This document shows, piece by piece, positions 1 through 39,754 of a DNA stretch of 64,000 bases. A program made the position numbers and the translations under genes. Origin of the DNA: Tubiluchus corallicola. Its lineage: Eukaryota; Animalia; Priapulida. Location: the NCBI GenBank assembly GCA_030141605.1, contig JAQGDQ010000875.1, forward strand, positions 1 to 64,000. The letters are read 5' to 3'. Each line of letters opens with the position of its first letter. The stretch's first letter is position 1. Under the pieces are notes generated by a model. It saw nothing but the letters and a program-made list of their open reading frames with translations, did not search any database and was not told the DNA's origin.

Positions 1-786
1 AAATAATTTCATTGTATGTTACTGAACGTGTGAGAAATAATTTCATTGGATGTTACTGAACATGTGAGAAATAATTTCATTGCACGTTATTGAACGTGTG
101 AGAAATAATTTTATTGCATGTTATTGAACGTGTGAGAAATAATTGCATTGCATGTTATTGAACGTGTGAGAAATAATTTTATTGTATGTTATTGAACGTG
201 TGCGAAATAATTTCATTGCACGTTATTGAACGTGTGCGAAATAATTTCATTGCATGTTATTGAACGTGTGAGAAATAATTTTATTGTATGTTATTGAACG
301 TGTGAGAAGTAATTTCATTGCATGTTACTGAACGTGTGAGAAATAATTTCATTGCATGTTATTGAACGTGTGAGAAATAATTTTATTACACGTTATTGAA
401 CGTGTGAGAAATAATTTTATTGCATGTTATTGAACGTGTGAGAAATAATTTCATTGCACGTTACTGAACGTGTGAGAAATAATTTCATTGCATGTTATTG
501 AACGTGTGAGAAATAATTTCATTGCATGTTACTGAACGTGTGAGAAATAATTTCATTGCATGTTATTGAACGTGTGAGAAATAATTTCATTGCATGTTAT
601 TGAACGTGAGAGAAATAATTTCATTGCATGTTATTGAACGTGTGTGAAATAATCGCATTGCATGTTATTGAACGTGTGAGAAATAATCGCATTGCATGTT
701 ATTGAACGTGTGAGAAATAATTTCATTGCATGTTATTGAACGTGTGAGAAATAATTTCATTGCATGTTATTGAACGTGTGAGAAAT
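1..786. repeat. 34-bp minisatellite (about 23 copies in window, runs off the left edge), downstream of the last NOMO exon found
   Basis: Unit AAATAATTTCATTGCATGTTATTGAACGTGTGAG in tandem. Confidence 0.97.
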
Positions 787-939
787 GGCAGTCAGATGTG
801 AGATGGCATTACTCCAACTTTGTTCACTTTGCCTCTATTCTTGTGCACAAAGAAAAAGTGACAGCTTCTATAGTCTTGGACTTCACGTTCCCCAATAAAT
901 AATTTATATACGTTGCAACCGAGCTGCAAAGCTAATTAC

Positions 940-26790
<25,851 letters not shown>

Positions 26791-29700
26791 ATGGCGACTA
26801 AGAAAGCTATTGAGTGGTTAGATTTGTTAGAAAAAGAGTTTGATAAAGCCTACGTTGACTTGGATTTAATACTAGGGGAGATTGATAGTGAGCAATGCGA
26901 TTTAACATTTGAGGGGCGTGAAAAGATGACGGCATTAAGCTCTGCATTTGCTCAAGTGTGCCACAAAGTGCAAGTTATTTATCACAACAGTTTAAAGCTA
27001 GAGGTATGCTAACCTGTATTTTTTAACTACGATGTTTTATATGTCACTTTTACGCATTTTGCCATTCATCACAATGAATTTAAATAGTAGTAGATAAAAA
27101 TGTTGGTTCTGCATAAAACTTTGTTAAACGGAGCCCCACGTAGCTACGTGATTGTAACCTATAAAAAGAATTGACTTCAATGGTATGACACATTTTGCAA
27201 TTGTCTTAACTGGTATGAGCCTATAAGCTGTAAATATGCTAAATGCAGCTAAACAAAAATTTATTTCATGCTATTTACAAAGTACTGATTATGCTTGCCT
27301 TAATGTTAATGAAATACAATACTTTTCAGAATGATATGAAAATGCACAGAGATGATCTCGTCCAACTACGAGCAGCTAAAACTGTGATAGAAAAAGAGTT
27401 ACATGCACTTGTTGTACAGCATCACGATGTACAACTACAGCTGCACAAACTGATGGGCCAGTCTAATGATTCTGACAGCATCAAGAAAAAGTTGGTAATG
27501 AAAGAAACTTCCATTACATGTGAAATTTGAAGAGCAATGAGCCTGACTGTTAAAAACTATTTGGGCAAAATATCTATTTAAGAGAAAAATAAGTTATTTG
27601 TTTGGTGATGGTGAGCCTTGATGTTTTTAATAAAACTTTGCTATGTTTGTTAATTTGTTTTTCACTCACGGTTAGGTATGCGACCTGATGAGATGTTGGT
27701 TGTTTTTGCCATTACTGTATTGTGCAATAAATAAATGCCTATAAAGCTAATCCTTCACATGAACTTTTTAGGAAAGTGAAATGGACACATTTAGAAGAAA
27801 TATAGAAAAGGAAACAAAATTAGATGCAGAAGTAAAGGAATTACACAAAGAAAATCATGAATTGAGACAATATATGAATGCTCTGCAAGGCGAACTGTAC
27901 GGAGCACGATTAGCTGCGAAATATCTAGATAAAGAATTAGCAGGACGGTAATTTTACTTGGTATACTTATTCTGTTTTAGAGATCTTTTTAAGTAGAATC
28001 GTTTACCTTCAGTGATAGGAGTTCCACGTTACAAATGCAACAAGTTCCAAAAAACCTGTTCTACTGTGAGTTATACTTTTTTTAAGTAATTTGTATGAGT
28101 AACTGCCTTCCTTGTTATAACTTATAATGTAAATGACAGACATTTTACCATTGAATTTCTCTAGCATTTACTAAAACAACCAAATGTTTATTAATTGTGC
28201 AATTTACAATATATAATTATTGGCATTTTGCACAGACTCTGTTTTACCGGCTGTACAATACATACTACTGTTTCTTGTTATTTGTCTACAGACTAGTTAT
28301 AGAATTCTGCAAAAAGAAAGGCTTGAGTATAATAGTCGGGAAAAACTGCTTAAAGACGAATTTTAAATTAATTTAAAAAGTAATTTATTATGGCTGTAAT
28401 GGTACACCTAAGTCACGATATGATACATGTCCTGATACTAACTTCACGCTAAGATTCGTATCATGATACACATTGAGTTAACATTTGCAGGCTTTAATAA
28501 AAAAACAGATTGAGAAGTTGGTATATTATATGTATGTATTAGATTTATCAAGCAATTTTAAAATTGGTAAGTGGTAAAATAATTCAGCAAATTGTTTGAT
28601 TTCTGTTTGTTCTCTTTGCATTGTAAGCCACCAGAAATGTGAGACATTTCAATACGTTTTGATTTAAAATATGTTGATGCGTTTTTTGGTTCACGTTTGA
28701 TGCAAGCCATTCCGGAAGCTTATAGCAAATACGTAATTAGCGTACCATACATTATTATAGACACATTGCGCTTTCAACCGCTTTGCTTTGGCTGGCTGCT
28801 AGCAGCAGGTCAGTCTGTGTCAAGGTCAAGTGCTCACTGCACTGATTTTATCAGCCGCCATTTTGAAATATTTCAATTTTTGTTTGAATTGGATGAGCTG
28901 AACCCTAAAACATAATTATTAGTTAAACATCACAGTTGGCTTCGTGAAATTATTCTTTCGTACATTATAACAGTAATAATTATAATTACAATGAACAATG
29001 TTTAACGATATAAATATAATTATGTTTTTATTAGTCTAACTTGTTCTAAATATCAATGATTCACATTATCGCGATACTGGTGCGCGTACACACGTATGAC
29101 GATACACGTATCAAAAGGTATCATGATGCATTGATGTATCGTTAAAGGCCTATCCTTTATTTGCATTCTGTATGAACATATGTGTGTGCGTGCGTGCGTG
29201 TATTTTTTTGCATGTTTGCTGCTAATAATGGTGCATATATTCAGATAGAATGAGGCCTAAAAAAATTTCTGATTATTTAAAAATAATTAGGATGGTAGAC
29301 TGACATCTTTCATATGTGTTTTATAATAGTTTAGTGTTATAAATCTTCTCACAAGGATGTAATAGCTGAGTAAATGTTATGCATATGGAAGTGAGTCTCT
29401 GAAGCTGTATAAAACTTGCAATAAAGTAATAATAAACCCATTTGAAAGTAATTAATAAAACTATTTGAAAAAAGCTCAAGTAGACGAGTGCTTGGAAAGT
29501 AAAACTTGACTAACACATCCATAAAAATACGTAAACGAAAATGTCGTGTTTTAAAGCTTAAAGGAAAACTGGATGATTGTGTAAACACGAGTTCAGAATA
29601 AAGAATGCTCTAATGTATTGAAAACTACAATAGCTTCTTTAAATCAAAGCTTAGATTAAATAATAATTACCTCAGATACTCAAATTTTGTTAAACTTTCA

Positions 29701-32700
29701 AAGCTACGCGCGGCTCAGTGAATCTACTAAGATTGGCAGCGACGCCTTTTTGTCACATTCGCATGGCTGACAAATAAAAGGCGGTACAGTGATATGCATG
29801 ATCATGAACTGCAGTGTTAGTTTCTGATGTCATATGATGTAAAGTCCATTTTCGTGACATCACGCGTTTAAGCAGTACTGTAACACTTATGCAAATGTGC
29901 TTGACGCGCCAGGGAAGACGCCTGCCATTGCACAAACTGTGGTTAGTTTCTGAGATAAGCAATAGCTGTGTTCGGTTGCCGTTTATTAACTTTCTAAGCT
30001 AATTATTCAAATATAAGGAACAATTGTTAACTTTTATAGGCAAGAAAATGTATATTTTGGACAATAAATTAAAATGAGATTGAGTCTAAACAATTTTCCG
30101 GTTTTCCTTTAAATAAAAATTGTAGGAAAATGACAAGAAATAATGAAAAATGCAATTTCCGTTTCATACAAAGTTAGTTTGGTTGCCATACTGCTTTGTC
30201 TGTGTGATTGTGTAGAATTTGTTTTTGAGGATAAAATTCCACATGATTACAGAATACAGCAGATACAGCTGCTAGGACGAGACATGAGAGGAGCGGAGCA
30301 TGATCGTCTCTGGAATCAGTTGGAAGCTGAAATACACTTGCATCGACACAAGACAGTGATTCGGGCATGTAGAGGGCGCATCAGTGCTACTCAGAAACTG
30401 CCGGCGCCACCAGGGCATGTAAGTGTTAAAAACTATATTGTCATGTTTGTATGCTGACAGTTGGTATGATCCAGTAATGTTCAATAGCTTTTGCCTTAAG
30501 GTGACATGTGTTCCACTAAAATATGTTATTCTCTAAGAAAACTTACTAAATGTAAGATTTGCAATTCACAATACAAGGACTTCGGGACCTTTTATTATCA
30601 AAATCATGTTGGTATAAAGAGTGCCATTTTTCGCTGGCCTGCTTCAGCACCTACCTGCTTGCTTGAATCTTTTATAGTTTCTGAAGACATTTAACACTCT
30701 TTTGGAACCAAATTTTGCATTTTGTCTACTTTAATCAACTGTATTTTTGTTTAGCCTGAACTACATGCGAAGCAAATCCAAACAAACAGTCAAAACTGCA
30801 TCAAGTTCTTGAATAAACAAAAACTGACCTATTGAGGTAGCCCACAAAGGGATTTAGCAAATATAATACCACATTTGAGGGACTGGTTGTGTCCTGCATA
30901 GAGTTAGCAGTGGAGAATAGTTGCTATTAGCACTCAGCAGATGCGATACTGAATAGATCTATTTTAGAATGTCCTTCCTCTGCAATGTAGTAATGATATG
31001 GAAGCAAATGCAAAGCACATAGCTCATTTTCTGTGATTATATTAATTAAATAAAGAGTTAATGAATGAATTAAGTTGCAAAAGTAAATACTATTGTCATT
31101 TGCTGTATTACACTACTCGTTTCTAAGATTTTTGATGAAGCACACAATTTTTTTGTAGGTAATACAACGTGTGTGCTATTGGGTAAAACAATGTGTGTGC
31201 TAATGGGTAAAACAACGTGTGTGCTATCGGGTAAAACAAAGGTTGATCAAGTTTTATCCAATAGCAACATTTTTATCTTGTTTGAAATCATTGTCTTGTA
31301 TTGAAAATGTTGTTTCAATTAGTTGTCACAAATGGCAAAATGCATGAAACGTAAAAACAACATGCAAAACTGAGTAGTTGAATATTACAGGCTTGCATAC
31401 GTCTAGCTTTAAACTGTTGTGATAAATAACTTCCACTTTGTGGCACACTTGAGAAAGTGCAGTGCTTAATGCCGCTATTTTTTCATGCCCTTTAAATGTT
31501 AAAACACAATTTTCACTATCAATTACTGGTTTTAATTCATGCTTATTTTCAATTTTAATATCTTGGGTGAATGTTGCGCAAAGCATTATTGAAACTAAAC
31601 ATCTTTGTTAAATCCACATTAGGAATTCAAGGCCTTGAGAAAGAAGCAAGGAGTTGGAGAAGAAAGAGTTGTGAAGCTGATGAAAAAAGAGGACGAAGGG
31701 TTGGGAATGTCCATAACAGTAAATGATTTTTAATAATTTTTAATTTTTGTTTATTTTTTTATGTTAGCATTTTGTTTAATTAGTGCACAAATATTAAAAA
31801 TTATAAATGACAAGAAACGCTTAATTTGTGCAACATTGTTATTAGTGCACGTATAATCAAAGTTATAATAGATGATAACATAATTCATGACATTGTTATG
31901 AGCTTACATTTTTTATTTGTTTTTTATTAGGTAATTGTTTTTTTTTAATTTATTGTCCAATGATTACAATTTTAGGGTGGTAAGGAACACGGTGTGCCAA
32001 TATTAATCTCAGAAATTCATCCACGACAGCCGGCTGACAAGTGTCGTGGTCTGTACATTGGTGACGCCATCATGGAGGTGAATGGTATAGATTTACGTGA
32101 CATGAAACACGAAGAAGCCGTCAGGATTCTATCTCAGCAGGTGAGAATTTAAGTGGTCTCCCACATGTTTGAAGCATCGTGTAGCAGTTGTTAGTAAACA
32201 AACTCGTAGTATGTTTACTTCTGATTGATTTCTGCATTGAAATTTAAATAATATAGCGAAACTTTCAATTTCAATCAATTTCAATTCAACTTTATTTTTT
32301 CATTAGCAGTTAAAATTCGGCATAACTATTTTTACATTTCATTGCAACTAAAGACCTATTGGTCACTTGATCAGCTGCCCCTTATTAAAAATACAAGTTT
32401 ACTTACAGGCGCATCACATTTTTAGGTGTTTTTGTACAACTTAACATTTTAGTGTTAAAAATAGATTTGGTATTAACTTAAGTACTAAGTAGCAGAAATG
32501 TATATAATAAGGTCAAATTTTTAAAGGGCGGAAAGTCAAGCAGAAGAGACTTGTCTAATTCATTGTAGAAGTGAATGTAAAGACAAGGCTTAGGTTAATT
32601 AAAATTGTAAGATCTAAAAAGAATTGGTTAGTTGAGCTACCTTGTAAGAAGTAAATCATCAAGTGCTAGTGTAGCTAAGGAACGTAGCCAGTTAAACTAC

Positions 32701-35700
32701 TGTCCACAGCTGCTCATACTTTTCCGAATCATAGATGAACGTACGGCTTTAGTTAATTAGCTGAATCAAAAATACCAGAAAGTCATGCTGTAATATGCAG
32801 CTTAGGAATTAAGGTAAAAATAGTTACAGTGAAACTGCTAATACATTTCCCGCATTTGTCGTTAGTGTATTGGCCGGTTTTCTAGAACTGGACTTTGGAA
32901 AAAGCTTCATCTCTAATCTTATCTTTGCAAGTTAGACGCAGTTCAGCATACGGTGTTTGCTGTGTCATCTGTGATGTTATAGTAGGAATTGAGACAGCAG
33001 TTTTTAGCTGCACGTGTAAGATAGTCATCTCTGACGTGGACCACATTAGGAATTGGCCACTTTAGCTACCGAGTAGGGTGGCACAAATCTTTAGCTTTGT
33101 ACGATTAGGATATTTACCAGTTTAATCAAACATGTACAGTGGTACATCTCTAAAATATCGGCACGACTTGTAAAGCCCGTATTAGCTTCCATGTAGGCTG
33201 AAGTCGTGTCTATATTTATCTTAGGAATTGGCCAGTTTAGCTACTGATGTAGGGTGGTCATCTGTAATTTATCTAAGGAATTGGCCAGTTTAGCTACCGT
33301 GTAGGGTGGTCATCTCTAATTTATCTAAGGAATTGGCCAGTTTAGCTACCGTGTAGGGTGGTCATCTCTAATTTATCTAAGGAATTGGCCAGTTTAGCTA
33401 CCGTGTAGGGTGGTCATCTCTAATTTATCTAAGGAATTGGCCAGTTTAGCTACCGTGTAGGGTGGTCATCTCTAATTTATCTTAGGAATTGGCCAGTTTA
33501 GCTACCGTGTAGGGTGGTCATCTCTAATTTATCTAAGGAATTGGCCAGTTTAGCTACCGTGTAGGGTGGTCATCTCTAATTTATCTTAGGAATTGGCCAG
33601 TTTAGCTACCGTGTAGGGTGGTCATCTCTAATTTATCTAAGGAATTGGCCAGTTTAGCTACCGTGTAGGGTGGTCATCTCTAATTTATCTTAGGAATTGG
33701 CCAGTTTAGCTACCGTGTAGGGTGGTCATCTGTAATTTATCTTAGGAATTGGCCAGTTTAGCTACCGTGTAAGGTGGTCATCTGTAATTTATCTTAGGAA
33801 TTGGCCAGTTTAGCTACCGTGTAGGGTGGTCATCTCTAATTTATCTAAGGAATTGGCCAGTTTAGCTACCGTGTAGGGTGGTCATCTCTAATTTATCTTA
33901 AGGAATTGGCCAGTTTAGCTACCGTGTAAGGTGGTCATCTCTAATTTATTTTAGGAATTGGCCAGTTTAGCTATGGTGTAAGGTGGTCATCTCTAATTTA
34001 TCTAAGGAATTGGCCAGTTTAGCTACCGTGTAAGGTGGTCATCTCTAATTTATCTTAAGGAATTGGCCAGTTTAGCTACTGGTGTAAGGTGGTCATCTCT
34101 AATTTATCTAAGGAATTGGCCAGTTTAGCTTACCGTGTAGGGTGGTCATCTCTAATTTATCTAAGGAATTGGCCAGTTTAGCTACCGTGTAAGGTGGTCA
34201 TCTCTAATTTATCTAAGGAATTGGCCAGTTTAGCTACCGTGTAGGGTGGTCATCTCTAATTTATCTTAAGGAATTGGCCAGTTTAGCTTACCGTGTAGGG
34301 TGGTCATCTCTAACTTATCTAAGGAATTGGCCAGTTTAGCTACCGTGTAGGGTGGTCATCTCTAACTTATCTAAGGAATTGGCCAGTTTAGCTACCGTGT
34401 AAGGTGGTCATCTCTAATTTATTTAAGGAATTGGCCAGTTTAGCTTACCGTGTAGGGTGGTCATCTGTAATTTATCTAAGGAATTGGCCAGTTTAGCTAC
34501 CGTGTAGGGTGGTCATCTCTAATTTATCTAAGGAATTGGCCAGTTTAGCTACCGTGTAGGGTGGTCATCTCTAATTTATCTAAGGAATTGGCCAGTTTAG
34601 CTACCGTGTAAGGTGGTCATCTCTAATTTATCTAAGGAATACATGATGGATAAATTGTGATGGAAAACCGTGATGCTTGTCCAGTTCATCTTTGTATTAA
34701 TTAAAGTAAAGCGGAAGTTTTTCAGAAGTTGAAACTTTGATTCTTACCTTATTTACTGATACAAATAATTTTATTTCGAATAGCAAAAGAAGTAAATAAA
34801 TCAGTAACTTTACGTATTTAACAATTTTTTCTACAGAATGGTGAAATTGAACTTAAGGTCGTATTTGTGGCACCAGACGACAGCAGCGATGAGGAGACTG
34901 GATTAGAACCGACTATAGCTGGGTAAATAATTAGTCAAATTGCTGCTAGAGGGCGTGCTCACAATTTTCATCAATTTTGTCAACATAATTAAAATAATAA
35001 AAAAACAAACCAAAGCGACTTCATCAAGCGAAAAACTTTTTACAAAACTGTAAATGCCATCTGAATTAATCAGTACTGTCACTTGTTATATAGATGTGCA
35101 CTTGTTTTCGTGGTGCTCAGCTATTTAAGAATTATTGCATCTTAATGTCAGATGATTACCCTGTAATTTAGCATTTGTATATTTCTCCTGTAGTGAAGTT
35201 TAACGTCCTTGTGAAAAATAGTTCTGTGTCACTGCTGTGGATGATAAATTATTTTAAAAACCTCAAAACCTTTGAACTGCATTTCAACGACTCGTAAGTT
35301 TATGCAAATTCACGTCGCTAAAGAAGTTGCCTTTGATGGTGTTTTTTGACACTACAAATCCACAATTAATGAAATTTTGATGCCAAATTGTGGAATTGCA
35401 ACATCATTAATAATAATCTTGATATTAAGTATTATACTAATTATTGCATTGTTTTTAATTCACTTTTAATTTTCTTGTACATTAAACTCTTTTTGACTCT
35501 ATTAAAAAGTTTCCATATTACTGTCAGTATGATGTGTTGCTAAAAAATTTCTATATTGCAGTTATATTATAAAGTATGATATTACGCGAAATAGTAATGT
35601 ACCATCATACCAAACTAAATAACATCATGTGCTGCACTTGTTTTAATATATTAGTGTCATATTATTAATGTACGGTTGCAGTTCAGACGATGTGGATCAT

Positions 35701-38700
35701 AGTCGCAAGTCTATAATAGAGTCGGATCCAATACCCGCATCTCCGGCATCTACGCCTAAATCATCCATTGAACATGATCTTACAAATGGTTCGGTTGCTG
35801 ATGACAGCCTTGTAGTAAACGGTTGTATAGGTAACAGCGACGAACCACTGTCTCAAGCTGATAGGTATGTTACGCCATGTGCAAAGAATGTTTGCTTGGC
35901 TTATGTCACATGTGTAGCTTCAAGATGTTTGTTGTTATCTTATGTTTTTCAATGTCGTTTATTTGTAATTAGAAATCTATCCTGCATCTAACAGCTTTTT
36001 GTATACCGTATATACTTGTGTACAAGTCGAATTTCTGGGAGGCGATTTTAAGGTGAAATTTTTGGGGTCGACTTACGATATGTTTTTGGGAGATGTCGCT
36101 AAAGAGTCGTCTACAATACAAATGTGTAAAGAAATAATCCTTCATTATATTCTGGTGTCACATCTTGACATTACTTCACAAAATTAACAAATATTACCGT
36201 AATTTATTTTAATTTTAATGTGAAATTAAGTTAAAATTTATATATTGCCGTTAAATAAACTAGCGACGGAGCACTCGATCAGAACATGGAAATCGCCAAT
36301 GTCGGCTTCCGTGGGAAGTTTTACACTGACCTTGTATATGCGTGTTTTATTGGCAAAATATCGATTAACACAGTAGGCTATTGATTTATTACTCGGCCAT
36401 TGTTGACATCATTTTCTCTGGAAGATCTTAATATTTTATGGTCGACTTGTACACAGGTAACATATAAAATGATGCAATTTTTGGTCTTAAAATGCACATT
36501 GACCTGTACATAAGGTCGACTTGTTCACACGTATATACAGTAATCTGTAAGTAAGTAGAGTCCAACAAAAGCAAGCGTTGAGTTTGCACTGCACGAAAGA
36601 CATTTATTTTGCGTTGTTATGAGTGTTGTGCAAGAAATTTAGTTTAAATGATTAAAATTTGCGATTATCATCTGTTACTCGTGATTCACTGTTTAATTTT
36701 ATTTCGTGGCTAGAATGTCTAGATGTGTAATTTTGCATGTTTTGCTTTTTTTCGCACAACTCTAGTGAAAGTCCTACAGAGGTCTTAGACAACAAAGACA
36801 ACGTGACAGAAACAGCAGTGCATGAAAATGGGAAACTGTAGTTCATTGTTATTTATGAATAGGTATACAACTTTTTGATTAATTTGTTCGTTATTTCAAT
36901 GACGTGTACGTAATCTCTCTTGCATTTTCAAATGCTCATTATGTTTTTGTTTCAGTTTTGCATGAGCACTTCGTGGTTTATGACAAAAAAGTCTGAAACT
37001 TCAATATGCTTGCGTGCATTTAATAATCCTAACCCCAGACGTACTAGCATCTTTTCGTGCTCATACAAAAGAACTTTTATTATAGGTCCATATCCACTTA
37101 AAGGACATGAAAAGGGGCACCTGAAGTATATTTTAGAAAAATTTCCTTAAAAAATTACACTACTTTACAGCAATTTTATGCACATATTGTATTTGCGTTG
37201 AATGGAATTTTCGTTTGTTTTCATTTTAAATCTCCCACAATACTGTTTCGATGGCTCCATTACATGACGTCACTACGCCACGTAAATTGGGGGAAGAAAA
37301 TGCAATGTTAAATTATGACCCAAAAAACTTTCCGTGCAATTCTATATTACTTAGCATTTCAGCTACCTGCTGGAAAGAATTATGTAACTAGAAATAATAA
37401 TTTAAAATGTTTGTGCCAATTGGTAAAATGTCTCTGATTCATCCTCCATTCACTAGCCAATAACGTCTTTTTAATCTTATTGACATGATACAATAATTTA
37501 AAATTTTACTTAATTAGCAACATGTATGCTACGAATGCTCTGATCATTTTTTTTAAAACTTTACTTAATGTTTTCAAAACTTGTTTCAAATGACCTACTA
37601 TTAAAATGGCTGCGCCTAACGGTCATCACGGGAGTTTAAATTTACACGTTTTATACAGCGTTACTGCTGATGTAAGCCATGCATACGAAAAGGTAGTTAT
37701 GTAAGTGGTATAAAATTTTGAGACGAATTTTTTAAGCTTTATGCAAGTGGAGGGTTCTCTTGTGGTCTAAGTCAATGGTTATTATTGTCATTAGCATCTG
37801 TCTTACTGATTAGAGCCAAGAAATGTTAAAAAGCAACAAAGAAGAGCGTCATGTAACATTATACCTAGAGAAATGCTAGGATATGTGATTCTGCCTAAAG
37901 AAATAACGAAGTGGGAATCATTTTTATTTACTTTAGCATTTCTTCTTATTAAACAATGGAGAAAGTGTCTGATTCTTTTTTAAAGCAAAACCGGACGATT
38001 GTTTAGACTCAATCTCATTTTAATTTACTGTCTAAATTAGACATGTTCTTACCTATAAAAATTAGCAATCGTTTCTTATATTTGAATAATTAGGTTAGAA
38101 AGTCAATTAACGGCAACCGAACGCAGCTATTTCTTACGTCAGAAACTAACCACAGTTTGTGCAATGGCAGGCGTCTTCCCTTGCGCATCAAGCACGTTTG
38201 CGTAAATGTTACTTTACTGCTTAAACGCATGATGTCACGAAAACGGGCTCTACGTCATACGACATCAGAAACAAACACTGCAGTTCATGATCATGGTTAA
38301 ACACGGTGAACTAATGTTTACACAGTCGTCCGGTTTTCCTGTAATGGTTGAAAACAAACCTCACTGTTATCAGTTAACAAAAGAACATTTCAATACAGAA
38401 GAGGTCATTAACTAATTTATGGCAGCCACTGGTGTTAATCAGCTTAATAAGCACAGCTCCAGGCAGTTCATTTCGAATAGCAAATTATATGTAAATGGTT
38501 CCAAGTTTGAAATATATTTGTTTAAACTTTATAATCAGAATTTTAGAATTAGCATTAAAGTTTACAATGCTAATTTAAAGTGGCTTTGGCAGTTTACTTT
38601 GCTTTTCAAATAAATTTAAATCATACGTTGTTTACTAATAATTGGGTTAGCTGATGATTAAAAATATTTTAGTTTACATAAATAATGTTGTAATCGGTAA

Positions 38701-39754
38701 ATGGTAGGTTATGGTATTGAGGTCATTTACCTCAGTAATAACTTGCTGTTTTTCCCACTAGATGGCGGCAAAACGCAACATATTCGGAGCTACTTATTCG
38801 GAGCTACTTTTCTAATACTAACATTAACTGGATCTGGATTGTAATGTTCATTGCTGACTTTTATTAAGGAATAGATATAATTTATAATTACTGTACGTGT
38901 ACGAAATTTCCTACACTTACATGAGTGGAAATATGCGCAAAAAGCTTGTCACAATTATAACTGTCGGTATGCTAATGCTAGCCCAAGCAAATATCAGCTT
39001 GAAATAATCAGTATTCTAGTATCCACTCAGAGGGTAATGTGTAGTTGTACACTCGAGATGAACTTACAATTTGCAAAAATGTCAAGAGTCCTATCGTTAA
39101 CTGGTAACTTAGTGTCCTGCTGTAACGTTCTGAACCTAATATCGTGACGTGTTATGATATCATTACACATGCATGTTCAGTTGATCAATAAATAGAGTTC
39201 ATGCTGAAACTTCTCATAATCAAGTGCAAATAAATATATTTAAGTTTCAAGGCATGAAAATAATTTATTTACAGAAACTTCACCTTCGTTAACTTCAACT
39301 TAAAACTGAAGTAATTTTCTTCGTCATGTTCATTTTTGTCGTGCCATGGGGACCTAAAAATATTTTATTTTAGTTCTGTGTCCACCGTAATTTTTTTGAA
39401 AATGCTTTGATCGCAAAATAAACTGGCTTTTATTTAAATAAATAAACTATTGTTTTATAAACTTTTATTTTAATAAAATAAACTTTAATTTATTTCTTAT
39501 TAAATAAACTAAATAAACGATTGAAAATTTACGGTTATTTTTTTTCATTTACTTTTTTATCTAGAAGCTATTTAACTCAGAATAACCAATCAGAAAGTAG
39601 TCCTCAGCTGGTAACAATGGAGGAACTATACGGAACAATGGCGGGCAGCGCTTCGGGCAGCACAATTGTTTGTGATTCAGTCGATTCAGAGATTACGTCA
39701 ACTAACAAAAATACCGATCAGGTGGAGATAGTCTATCATTTCAACTACGACTAG
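26791..39754 (+). CDS. GOPC: Golgi-associated PDZ and coiled-coil motif-containing protein (GOPC/PIST/CAL)
   Basis: Exons 26791-27003, 27330-27494, 27772-27947, 30253-30418, 31623-31718, 31976-32140, 34837-34922; less certain low-complexity 3' exons 35682-35864, 36766-36837 (weak donor) and 39565-39754 (TAG). Motifs: [67 protein letters not shown], and PDZ domain [22 protein letters not shown]. Confidence 0.93.
28389..29152. mobile_element. Degenerate hAT-like MITE
   Basis: Imperfect termini TATGGCTGTAATGGTACA / TGTATCGTTAAAGGCCTA with CGATA/GATAC subterminal motifs; no clean TSD. Confidence 0.5.
29561..30111 (-). mobile_element. Kolobok-like MITE family A, copy 2 (opposite orientation)
   Basis: Reverse-complement match to 23381-23917; TTAA flanks. 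Confidence 0.82.
31245..31525 (-). pseudogene. Inverted partial duplicate of GOPC exon 1 plus intron-1 start, inside GOPC intron 4
   Basis: Minus [44 protein letters not shown] aligns with exon 1 [41 protein letters not shown]. Similarity continues through the donor (gtatgc) to AGATAAAAATGTTG in intron 1. Confidence 0.9.
33215..34640. repeat. 52-bp minisatellite (about 27 copies) in GOPC intron 6
   Basis: Unit AAGGAATTGGCCAGTTTAGCTACCGTGTAGGGTGGTCATCTCTAATTTATCT; degenerate related copies at about 32870-33090. Confidence 0.96.
36006..36540. mobile_element. pogo/Tigger-type MITE
   Basis: TA-CCGTATATACTTGTGTACAAGTCGA ... TCGACTTGTTCACACGTATATACAG-TA, with internal GTCGACTT repeats. Confidence 0.8.
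37098..37765 (+). mobile_element. Kolobok-like family B copy (empty site for the 5S-SINE)
   Basis: Homologous to 7779-8515; reads TTTTATGCACA without the SINE. Confidence 0.55.
37982..38344 (+). mobile_element. Kolobok-like MITE family A, copy 3 (internally deleted)
   Basis: TTAAAGCAAAACCGGACGATTGTTTAGACTC ... GTCGTCCGGTTTTCCT. Confidence 0.78.

Noticed and set aside
1-786. CRISPR-like appearance of the 34-bp array (and the 31- and 52-bp arrays)
   Set aside because: Units are head-to-tail with no unique spacers, there are no cas genes, and the context is eukaryotic.
31326-31586. Second, antisense GOPC-like gene
   Set aside because: Lacks the conserved N-terminal part and has no further exons; treated as a duplicated fragment.
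32262-32620. Possible LINE 3' remnant on - strand (AATAAAG-(TTGAA)n tail)
   Set aside because: The tail is suggestive, but coding similarity is too weak to assign.
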